Virus record (IMG/VR): IMGVR_UViG_3300005826_000294
Location: 62,001 to 126,000 of that record
Strand: one strand, 5' to 3'
DNA: 64,000 nt
Positions within the stretch are counted from its first letter, which is position 1. Every line of letters begins with the position of its first letter. Position numbers and translations under genes: made by a program. Positions 29,015-37,734 of the stretch are shown one piece after another. The notes below the pieces were generated by a model. The model saw only the letters and a list, made by a program, of their open reading frames with translations, searched no databases and had not been told where the DNA came from.

Positions 29015-29847
29015 AATTTTCCAGATATAGATAATTTCATTAATTCAAAATAAGGGTCATATATTATTTTTTTATCACTTTGAGTATGTTTCCATCCAGT
29101 TGGATAATAAGAATTTTCTAATATTCGAAACTCATGGTAATGATAACAAATAAGATTATATTTATCATTTACTATTAATTTATTATTTTCTTTTGTAATT
29201 TTATATTTGGCAATATTCCATGGTCCCATATTTATACCAGGATGTGGACAAGAAAGATGATTTTGAAATTTATTAGGAGTATCATATAAAATATTTAAAT
29301 ATCCCTGATCTGCACACATTCCATTTGGTAATGTTTCCCATTTACACCATTCTAAACATCGTTCTTTCCACCATAAAAGAAATTCTTTACAATAATTATC
29401 ATTTCGATATCCTAATATCCCAACATTAAATCTAACACCAGATCTTGGTGGTTCAAATCCATGGTCTACAACCATCAAAGAGTAATCCCCCATAACTTGT
29501 TCTATTTCATTTGGATCAGACCAAAAAGCAATGTCGGCATCAGTATAATATAATGTATTTATATAGCTAAAATTATTAAAGATATATAAAGGTAATATTG
29601 GAGATATAGTTGCATAATATTCTTTTAATAATCTTGTATGTTTAATAGTAACAAGTTCTGGAAATTGATTTTCTAAATCTTTTAATTTAATTAGTATTAC
29701 ATTATTTAATTTAGAAGAAATATTATAAACATTATCATCTAAACATAATATAAATAATATACTATTTTTATCTTGTTTATGAAGAGTATAATTACAAACC
29801 AAACCTTTATTAAAATAATTAGAATCAAAATATGTACAAAAATACAT
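29011..29847 (-). CDS. GT-A glycosyltransferase (GT8-like), paralog of 40872-41735
   Basis: CTYFDSNY, LCLD, YYTDADIAF, FNVG, WWKERCLEWC, DQGYLN, LICYHY. Confidence 0.75.
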   Translation of the reverse strand: MYFCTYFDSNYFNKGLVCNYTLHKQDKNSILFILCLDDNVYNISSKLNNVILIKLKDLENQFPELVTIKHTRLLKEYYATISPILPLYIFNNFSYINTLYYTDADIAFWSDPNEIEQVMGDYSLMVVDHGFEPPRSGVRFNVGILGYRNDNYCKEFLLWWKERCLEWCKWETLPNGMCADQGYLNILYDTPNKFQNHLSCPHPGINMGPWNIAKYKITKENNKLIVNDKYNLICYHYHEFRILENSYYPTGWKHTQSDKKIIYDPYFELMKLSISGKL

Positions 29848-31358
29848 TAGAACGTCTCCACTTTTATTATTGCATTTTCAGAACCCCAATCTATATGTTC
29901 ATTTGCTACTGGATTTTTATATTTTATCCATTCATGTAAAAAATTAGTATTTATAGTTCTTAATCTTTTCCACTCTCTTTTATCATATCTAAAAGAATGT
30001 AAATCATTTTTATCATTTCTTGTATGATCTTGATGAATTCCAACTATTCTATGTTCTCTAATAAGTGGAACTCCAGAAAAAGACATTCGTAAAGCAAAAT
30101 CATCATCTTCACCAGTTATTCCCTTCATAAATTTTTCATCAACTCCATTTATAGCAAGAATATGTTCTTTACGAACTGCAATATAATACCACCACCATCC
30201 AAAAGTTACTGAAGGATCTGCTTTTGCTCCGGGAATTTCTAAAATATTATCAAAATCCATATATTTTATATTTATTTTTTTCACTTCATTAACAAATTTT
30301 TCTGATGATCTAAAAACATCACCGTAAACACAATATCCTTTATTTGCCATTTCCCATGATATTTTTAAATTATCTTCTTTTATAAGAGTTTCTGGCCCAG
30401 TTATAACAGTTACAGATCCTCGACTATGTTTTAATCCAATATTATTACTTAATGCTGGCACAAATGATGCTGGTTTAATTGCTCCTTTTTGATTATCAAT
30501 TAATATATATTTAAATTGTAATCTATATTCTCTTGAAAATTGTTTACATAAACCTAAAATATTATCTTTACTTTTATCATCAATAATAACTATTTCAAAT
30601 TCTTTTTTTGGTAAAGTTTGTTTTATATATGTTTCAAGAGTTCTTCTAAAAAATCCAATTCTATTATAAATTGAAATAAGAATAGAAACTTTTATACCAT
30701 CTTCTCCAATAACTACTGGTAAAATTTTAGGAGGAGGAGTTGCTACATCAATTCTTGTTGGTAATGTAACAGGTTTATTTTTCTTTCGTTTCGGTACTTT
30801 TATTTCTTCTTTTGCTTGTTTAGCTCTTTCTTTTTTTTCTATTTTAGGGTTTTTTACCATTTTTTGAGCAGGGCGCTGAGGAGGTTGCTTATATTCTGCA
30901 GGATTTGGGGATTTGGGACCAAATCCATCAATAGAAATAACTTTTCCTATTGTGTTAATATTATCTACAGGACCCTCTTCAAGTTGAACAATTATCTTAC
31001 GTACTAAAATACTACCACTTCCTTCACTACCTCTCCATATCCTAAAAACCATAGGAACAGTTTTAGGAAAATCTTTTGTTATTACATCAACATCAAATGT
31101 TGTCCAATTTCCATTTTCACATAAAATTTTTGAATGATGAAAATCATAATTTCTGTTTCCATATAAATTACAATATATTATTCCATTTCCACTTTCTCTG
31201 CATAGTTCTAATGTAACTTTATAAACAGCATTTGGTAAAATATTTACGGGAATATATAACAGTGATTTAGGACCAACCATAGCTGTGTATTTTCGTCCAT
31301 TAGAGTCTTTTCTACTGTTAATTGAACGTCCTCGCCAAGATGGTTGAAATATTTCCAT
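29847..31358 (-). CDS. GT2 glycosyltransferase with shared N-terminal domain and Lys/Pro-rich linker
   Basis: C-terminal ILISIYNR, EIVIIDD, NGVDEKF...GEDDDF; N-terminus similar to 7922-9319. Confidence 0.85.
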   Translation of the reverse strand: MEIFQPSWRGRSINSRKDSNGRKYTAMVGPKSLLYIPVNILPNAVYKVTLELCRESGNGIIYCNLYGNRNYDFHHSKILCENGNWTTFDVDVITKDFPKTVPMVFRIWRGSEGSGSILVRKIIVQLEEGPVDNINTIGKVISIDGFGPKSPNPAEYKQPPQRPAQKMVKNPKIEKKERAKQAKEEIKVPKRKKNKPVTLPTRIDVATPPPKILPVVIGEDGIKVSILISIYNRIGFFRRTLETYIKQTLPKKEFEIVIIDDKSKDNILGLCKQFSREYRLQFKYILIDNQKGAIKPASFVPALSNNIGLKHSRGSVTVITGPETLIKEDNLKISWEMANKGYCVYGDVFRSSEKFVNEVKKINIKYMDFDNILEIPGAKADPSVTFGWWWYYIAVRKEHILAINGVDEKFMKGITGEDDDFALRMSFSGVPLIREHRIVGIHQDHTRNDKNDLHSFRYDKREWKRLRTINTNFLHEWIKYKNPVANEHIDWGSENAIIKVETF

Positions 31359-31366
31359 TAGTTAAA

Positions 31367-33604
31367 TTACTCCCTATTTTTAAATAATAAATTATATAAA
31401 TGATTAATATTGAAATTATTTGCTTTTTCTCTTGCCGCACGAGATACTGTTCGACAATTAAAAGAACATTTTTCTAATAATTTCCTATTGTTCTTGAATT
31501 TTTGAATTTCTCGAATAAATAAAGCAGGATTGTTTGAATTCCAAACCAAACTACCAGTAATTCCATCAAATACTATCTCCGAAATGGCTCCTACATCTGA
31601 AGCAATAACTGGAACTCCAGCCATCATTGCTTCCAAAATAACAAGAGGCATTCCCTCCATGGTTGAAGGAAGAATTAATAAATCAAAAGTAGCATAAAAC
31701 TCTTCAACATTGTCTTTTGATCCAATAAAACACACATTGTTTAATTGCTTCGCCATTTGTTCTAAAGGTTTTCTTTGAGGCCCGTCTCCAACAATTACAA
31801 AAGAAGCATCTGGAATTACTTTAGCACAATATAATATAATAGGAATATTCTTTTCAGGAGATAATCTTCCAACAAAACCTATAGTAAAATTTTCATTTAA
31901 TTTTTTCTCAACATTAAATCTTTCCCAATCAATTTGTTGAGGAAGAACAGCAACATTCTTATTACCATCTTTTAATAACTTTCTCCCCATCTTATTTGAA
32001 ACAGCCGTTATTAATGTAACATGTTCTCCGCGAGATGAAACTTTATTCATAGAATCATTCCAACTTAATTCGCTATGAACTGTTTCTACAATTCTACGCC
32101 TAAAACCTTGCTTCCATGCTTCTTGAATAACTCTATATACTCCAAAACTATTATAAAAATGAATTATACTATAATTTTCAGCTTCAATAAGGCATTTTAA
32201 TGCTTTATCTCTTCCCGAAGATGATAAATCCTCTATAATAACTCCCATATCTTTCAAAGATTGTTTAAACTTTTCTTCAGTTCCAGATATTAAAGCTACA
32301 TGAGGTTCATAAATTGATTTATTTAATTGAGAAATTGCTTGCTTAATCCATATCTCACCACCACCAACCATTTTATATGGAATAATATATAAAACTTTTC
32401 TTTTTATAGAAAGTTTTTTTGGAATAGGAAGATCTAAAATCATTTGAGCAGCATTTTCCCAAGAGAATTTTTTAACAATCTCTCTGGCTGGATTTTTAAT
32501 CCTCTTCAACTCCTTATCAAGATTTTTATAAGAATGATATAATAATTCTTTAAAATTTTCAATACTAGGATCTCCTACAACAGCACCTTTCATAACTCCC
32601 CAATACTGCATAGAATTTGGAGCTTCCATTTCTCCTGTATCAACCAATAAAGAATTATCATCATTTAAGAAATCTAATTGTCCTCCGTGTCTTGGAGCTA
32701 TAACCAATTTTTCGCAAGCTAAGGCCTCAAGAAGAGGTAAGCAAAAACCTTCCGTAGCACTCATACTAATAACTACATCACAAGCAGTATATAATGCTCC
32801 CATACTTGGAATAAATGTATTTACAACTTCAATCTCAGGAGGATTTTTCTTTCCTTTAAGATTATTTTCAATAATGGATTTTACATCAACTTCAAAAGGC
32901 TTAGTTTTATCAGGAGTTATAAATTGGGTTTTTAAAACTAAACAAACATCATCTTTGCTTGTGAATGTCTCAATATAACCTTTGATTACCCTTTCATGGA
33001 GTTTTCTATGGTGAGGAATAGCATTATGAAGGAATTTTACTTTTTTGTTTGTTTTTAATTTAAAAGGAGTAATATTGGGATTGAAAATAGTTTGATCAAC
33101 ACCATGAGGGACAATTAACATCTTATTTTTAGGAACACCATTATTAGCAAAAATATCATATGAAAATTGGCTTGAAGGAAGAATATAATCTATTGCCCTG
33201 CTATAATACTGCCATCCAGGAGGTAATACCGAACTCTCAAAGTTCCATATGGCCGCTTTACATTTGGACTCAGGAAAGAAACGCCTTGGATATTGATAAA
33301 ATATTGTATATGCTAATTCTAAATCATAAGGTCTGTTTTTGTCTTCAATTTCGGGTTTAGGTTGTTCTTTTGTAACAATAATCTCATTACCTTGCCCATC
33401 AACATATTCCGTGGGACCTTGAACCAAATGCCCATGATAACCAGAAAGTAAAATATCTTTTAAATCTTCAGGAAAATATTCTAATCCATTTGTGGATTTA
33501 AAATATATTTCATGTTCGGTTTTCTTCATTGCTCTGGCCAATGCTTGAGCTGTATAACTCCACGAATGGTTAGTTGCTCCCATTGTATGCCATCTTACTT
33601 TCAT
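31367..33604 (-). CDS. tandem two-domain GT4 glycosyltransferase
   Basis: First domain EGFCLPLLEALAC; second FVGRLSPEKN...EGMPLVILEAMMAGVPVIASDVG. Confidence 0.92.
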   Translation of the reverse strand: MKVRWHTMGATNHSWSYTAQALARAMKKTEHEIYFKSTNGLEYFPEDLKDILLSGYHGHLVQGPTEYVDGQGNEIIVTKEQPKPEIEDKNRPYDLELAYTIFYQYPRRFFPESKCKAAIWNFESSVLPPGWQYYSRAIDYILPSSQFSYDIFANNGVPKNKMLIVPHGVDQTIFNPNITPFKLKTNKKVKFLHNAIPHHRKLHERVIKGYIETFTSKDDVCLVLKTQFITPDKTKPFEVDVKSIIENNLKGKKNPPEIEVVNTFIPSMGALYTACDVVISMSATEGFCLPLLEALACEKLVIAPRHGGQLDFLNDDNSLLVDTGEMEAPNSMQYWGVMKGAVVGDPSIENFKELLYHSYKNLDKELKRIKNPAREIVKKFSWENAAQMILDLPIPKKLSIKRKVLYIIPYKMVGGGEIWIKQAISQLNKSIYEPHVALISGTEEKFKQSLKDMGVIIEDLSSSGRDKALKCLIEAENYSIIHFYNSFGVYRVIQEAWKQGFRRRIVETVHSELSWNDSMNKVSSRGEHVTLITAVSNKMGRKLLKDGNKNVAVLPQQIDWERFNVEKKLNENFTIGFVGRLSPEKNIPIILYCAKVIPDASFVIVGDGPQRKPLEQMAKQLNNVCFIGSKDNVEEFYATFDLLILPSTMEGMPLVILEAMMAGVPVIASDVGAISEIVFDGITGSLVWNSNNPALFIREIQKFKNNRKLLEKCSFNCRTVSRAAREKANNFNINHLYNLLFKNRE

Positions 33605-34500
33605 TTATTTCTCCTTATATCACACATTCTTAATTTCTTATCAATTGTAATTTTAGCACAACCGAATTTTTCTGCTATTTGTTTTCTTGTTAGTTTTTGA
33701 ATAATATATAAATTATATAGAGTTTCTTTGGAAATATCTATTTTATAATTTATTTTTCCAATGGGATTAAGATCCCATTTATATGATAAAGATTTAAAAG
33801 GAGGCTTGCCGATATATTCTAATAATAAAGGAACAGAGGTTTTAGGAATAAATATCCTATAATCTTTCTTATAATTCATAACAGATGATTTTATTTGTAT
33901 TTCTTTGTTTAACTTATAAGAAAGAAAATTTATTTCATTATAACTAAAACAATCAGTACAGAAAATAGCATATTCTTTATTAGGAAGAGAACCATCTCCT
34001 AAATACCAATGAAGAACAAGATTTGGGGAAATTTTTAAATCAGGAATTATCTTCTTTCTATTTATATACCACTTTTTTTCTAACTCTTCAAACTGTATAG
34101 AACAATGCGTTGAAAATATATATCTTGTATACCATTTGTTCCAGTTCTTATGATAATATCTTTCTTTTTGAATACTATTATTAACTAATGGTATATTGCT
34201 ATCCTTAAAAAAATTAGAAAGCCATACAGCATAATCTTCCTTGCAACTAGAAAAACAAAACTTAGCTTGATGTGTTCTTTTAGTTAAAGATCCATCTCCC
34301 AATAATTCTCCCTCTATTCTTTGTATTATCTCTTTATTAAGAGGATAATTATTTTGTTTTGCTAATCTCAAACCCTCTCCAGATGTCCTTAACTTCGTAT
34401 TCTTTAACAAAATTTTTCTAGTTTTTGATGGAGAAATTCCAACTTTCTTTGCTATTTGACGAATAGAGAATCCTTTCTTATAAAACTCTACAATTCTCAT
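33601..34500 (-). mobile_element. free-standing LAGLIDADG homing endonuclease with terminal HTH-like segments
   Basis: IEGELLGDGSL and VLHWYLGDGS; GFSIRQIAKKVGIS and LTRKQIAEKFGC; ATGA overlaps on both sides. Confidence 0.88.
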
Positions 34501-34667
34501 TTCTTTGGATAAACCAAAGGAAGTCCCTTATGTTCTTTATATAAATTGGCAATTATTTCTCTTAAAACAGCGGTAATTGTTTTAAAATTCTCTTTTGAAT
34601 ATTGAGCAAGAAAATCATATAACTCTCTTTCAATTCTTATATTAATTTGTTTTCTATTATCATCCAT
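34497..34667 (-). CDS. 56-aa ribbon-helix-helix DNA-binding protein (not in ORF track)
   Basis: AAGGAG RBS; MDDNRKQINIRIERELYDFLAQYSKENFKTITAVLREIIANLYKEHKGLPLVYPKK* has the alternating strand plus two-helix RHH pattern; TGA overlaps the next ATG. Confidence 0.8.
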   Translation of the reverse strand: MDDNRKQINIRIERELYDFLAQYSKENFKTITAVLREIIANLYKEHKGLPLVYPKK

Positions 34668-34679
34668 TATTGCTCCTTT

Positions 34680-34765
34680 AAAAACAGCTTTAATAATATA
34701 AATATATAGTTATTGATAGATTTATGATATATTTATTGAAGCATTATGATATAAAAAAAATTTTA
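34680..34765 (-). promoter_or_regulatory. probable promoter/operator of the glycan operon with ~11-bp-spaced direct repeats
   Basis: Intergenic gap before the RHH gene; exact TTATGATATA at 34722-34731 and 34744-34753, related TTATTGA at 34710 and 34733. Confidence 0.45.
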
Positions 34766-37732
34766 TCAACTTTTTATCCACTCATCTATCCAGCCGTGGC
34801 AATCAACACGATACTCTGAAAATGCAGCTTCTCGGAAATAATCTACTTGTTTTGTAGTTGTTGGAGTCGCAATTAATCCCCTACTATGAGCTGCTTCTCC
34901 ACCAGCATTTCCACCTAACCGAAATGTAGATGTATTCCAAAGAGTTGTTCCACTTGAAGAATCACCTTCTCCATTAACAAAAAAGTAAGAAGTGCTTGCA
35001 GAATTAACCTGAATATAGGCTTGTAAAATAGCATATGAAGCGGTCGCTGGAATATGATCAACAAGTGATAAAGTCTGTATTGATACATCTGCTGAGCCAC
35101 CCCCTGTAAATCCTCCAGTAGGTTGGCTTTGTGTAGCATAACTAAATTGTTGCCCACTTTGGAATACTTTTGCCAGATTACCACTACCATCAATATAATC
35201 CGCCCATAAATACTCAAAATTAGAATATCCAGCCGGACCAGTAGAAGGTGGATTATCACTGGCTCTAATGCTCAATATATTATCATCCCCACTAGATGGT
35301 ACAGCATACCAATATAGCCATTTGCTGTTTCCTTGAGATCCAGCTTCATCATATCCAAGATCTGCAATTCCTGTTGCAACTGCCCAATTAAGGGTTCCTA
35401 TAACTGTTCGTTGTTTCCCATCCTGTAGAGTTAATTTAACAGTAGAAGGTTGCCCTGAATATGCCAAAAAATCCACGGTAGTTACTGTTTGCCATATTCC
35501 CTTAAATGGTTTTGTATCTGGCAAGTATGGTGCTTGGGCTCGCGCCTCGTTGGCTCCCGGATACAGGGCGTTTCGATACCCGGCAAGTTGGATGGTCCAG
35601 GTCGATGAAACCGACTGGCCGAACTGCACCGCCAGTTCGCGTGCAGGGCACGCCATCCTTCTGGCGGCGCTGTAAGAACTATTCGTCGCAAATCGCTGAG
35701 TGTAGGGTTGTGCTGATGCTGCGGTCCAACTCGGTGCGGCTTCCGCAGCCAGCCACAACTGCTGATTGGTGGAAGAAACAATTCCGTGGACGTCTATCTC
35801 ATCAGCACTTTCTGGCATCAAAGCCCGCAGAGCGGTGGTCTTGTCCACCCAGGAACCGACCGTCCCAGGAACCGCCGAATCCCCAGAGTCGAGTGTGTAG
35901 GCCGTTAGATCTTTGGCCAGCGGCTCGTACCACCCACCCTCGGTCATCAGGAACTCTTCAAGCACCACAGGTCCCGTAGAAGTCACCCGCACCGTCCACA
36001 GGTAGCGGTATACGGAGAAGCTCGGTGGCCCCGAGGTTCCCGGCACCGCATCTTTGGACAGCACAAGCTTAGCCCTCGTGACGTCGGTGTCGCTCTCGAC
36101 CGCGAATAGGTGATAGAGGTCCCCCGCCGATTCGGCCGTGGCATCACCCGTGTCACGGCCACCAATGCCGTCCGTGTCGATGTCACACGTCAGAGGCAGG
36201 CTCGCTTTGCGCCGGACGCCATCGTTGAACAGGAGCCGCATCTCGGAGTCAGCACCGATGGCGGCGGTAGCGTTGATGAGCGATGTATCAGAGCTGTCTC
36301 GTGCAAAGACGGGTGTGTTTTCGGGATGGACGTAGCCACCGCGAATTTGACGTATCGCCGAACGAGACGTAAAGGACAATCCACCAAATGTGGTCGCCCC
36401 AAAGACCGTGCCAGATCCAGCGTCGTGGTATTCACCGAGATCTATCGTATTCGAGCCAGAACTGAGATCTAACTCTACTACGCCAGACAGTGGCGTCCAG
36501 TAGCCGGATACAGCTGACGCACCTTCCAGGGGGACCCAGCTTCCGGAATTTACACGATAAGCCAATGTGCGTGTCGCTGTGGAAGAACTAGAAATGATCA
36601 CAGAATACGTTAGGGCGAGTCTTTCCCCTTCGATAATGGTGACCGTGTGAGATAGACCAGTAATGATATTCCATGCTGAGGCAGACAACCCGGTTTGATC
36701 GCTTGATAGAGCTGCCGATGAAACCTCTACCCCCCCGGCAACACCATTGAACTCTACGTTCGCGGTGCCTCCAACGTTGGTCACCGAGACGTTGGGACCC
36801 ACGTAGTTGACCGCTGCGGGCTTGTCGATGATGTTGACGCCATCATGGCGTATGGGGACCAGGCCGCCTCTATTTTGATCAACGTCAATCCAAGATCCGG
36901 CCTTGATGCTCCAGCTCTGCGAAGTGAAGGTCGCTGCATACAGCTCTAGCGTGTGCGAGCCCGCGTCGACCTGCACAGAGAAACTGTCATTAAGAGGACC
37001 TTGATAAGTAGTATTCGGGAGCACCTCTGATAAAACGTTCCCAATCAAGGTGCCATCAAGACGAAGCTGCAGGTATACAGTGTTAGCACCTGTTCCACTT
37101 GCCCCCTGAACATGCAGTCCAACCCGGACAGTCTCGTCCTGGGTCGACTCAAACGTCACGCTCATCGGCTCCGTGGGGACGGGCGACAGTGATGTGGCCG
37201 TGATTGTCCGGTCAGCGCTCTGGATGAACTTGTTTGGTGCTAGGTTTCCACCTGCACCAGAACCACTAACAGCAACAAGCTCTAACCGAGGAGCCTGAAC
37301 CGGATTCGACGACGACCCAAGAACCTGGAGACCCGTCCCATTTATCTCTTTTGCGTAGGCCGTGACCGTGTGTGTCCCCGCAGATAGTTCAACCTCTCCA
37401 AACCATACGCTGGAGTCAAAGTTTGTTATCACACGGATTTGCCATTCGTCATCGTAACCTACCACTATAGGAGTTCCAGCTTCATCAAAAACTAATTTGA
37501 TTTGTCCAGTAGTGGCCGACACGGCATTGAATTGGCAACCGAACATGATCCGGTATAGACCAGAGAACGGAACCTCAAAGCTCATGCTGGCTTCGTCTTC
37601 CGGCATGATCTTGGTGTCCGTGGCTCCTATGGATATCGTGTTTACGGGCTGGCCGTCGCTGATTGCAATTCGGATCCCTGGAGCAGTGATGATCGCGTCA
37701 GAAATCTGGTCTACTTTTATAGATCTACTCAT
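34766..37732 (-). CDS. multi-domain fibre/receptor-binding-like virion protein, mostly GC-rich
   Basis: 988 aa, Ser/Thr/Gly/Ala-rich; three similar beta-sandwich units and two copies of a second domain; lies at the end of the structural block. Confidence 0.6.
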   Translation of the reverse strand: MSRSIKVDQISDAIITAPGIRIAISDGQPVNTISIGATDTKIMPEDEASMSFEVPFSGLYRIMFGCQFNAVSATTGQIKLVFDEAGTPIVVGYDDEWQIRVITNFDSSVWFGEVELSAGTHTVTAYAKEINGTGLQVLGSSSNPVQAPRLELVAVSGSGAGGNLAPNKFIQSADRTITATSLSPVPTEPMSVTFESTQDETVRVGLHVQGASGTGANTVYLQLRLDGTLIGNVLSEVLPNTTYQGPLNDSFSVQVDAGSHTLELYAATFTSQSWSIKAGSWIDVDQNRGGLVPIRHDGVNIIDKPAAVNYVGPNVSVTNVGGTANVEFNGVAGGVEVSSAALSSDQTGLSASAWNIITGLSHTVTIIEGERLALTYSVIISSSSTATRTLAYRVNSGSWVPLEGASAVSGYWTPLSGVVELDLSSGSNTIDLGEYHDAGSGTVFGATTFGGLSFTSRSAIRQIRGGYVHPENTPVFARDSSDTSLINATAAIGADSEMRLLFNDGVRRKASLPLTCDIDTDGIGGRDTGDATAESAGDLYHLFAVESDTDVTRAKLVLSKDAVPGTSGPPSFSVYRYLWTVRVTSTGPVVLEEFLMTEGGWYEPLAKDLTAYTLDSGDSAVPGTVGSWVDKTTALRALMPESADEIDVHGIVSSTNQQLWLAAEAAPSWTAASAQPYTQRFATNSSYSAARRMACPARELAVQFGQSVSSTWTIQLAGYRNALYPGANEARAQAPYLPDTKPFKGIWQTVTTVDFLAYSGQPSTVKLTLQDGKQRTVIGTLNWAVATGIADLGYDEAGSQGNSKWLYWYAVPSSGDDNILSIRASDNPPSTGPAGYSNFEYLWADYIDGSGNLAKVFQSGQQFSYATQSQPTGGFTGGGSADVSIQTLSLVDHIPATASYAILQAYIQVNSASTSYFFVNGEGDSSSGTTLWNTSTFRLGGNAGGEAAHSRGLIATPTTTKQVDYFREAAFSEYRVDCHGWIDEWIKS

Positions 37733-37734
37733 TA

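Noticed and set aside
1-34667. Ordinary chromosomal O-antigen/capsule locus
   Set aside because: No flippase, polymerase, chain-length or export genes; interspersed homing endonucleases and direct linkage to baseplate genes favour a viral origin, though the left part of the locus is out of view
34697-34704. T4-type late promoter TATAAATA
   Set aside because: On the + strand, pointing antisense to all nearby genes; easily arises by chance in AT-rich DNA
34915-36472. Overlapping short ORFs in the GC-rich segment (35482-35781, 35506-35979, 35983-36186, 36110-36472, 36138-36335, 36190-36435, 34915-35259)
   Set aside because: Shadow frames expected where stop codons are rare; they lie inside a coherent 988-aa ORF and have no recognisable motifs
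34766-37732. Diversity-generating retroelement target in the fibre C-terminus
   Set aside because: No reverse transcriptase and no near-identical template repeat differing at adenines is visible in the window
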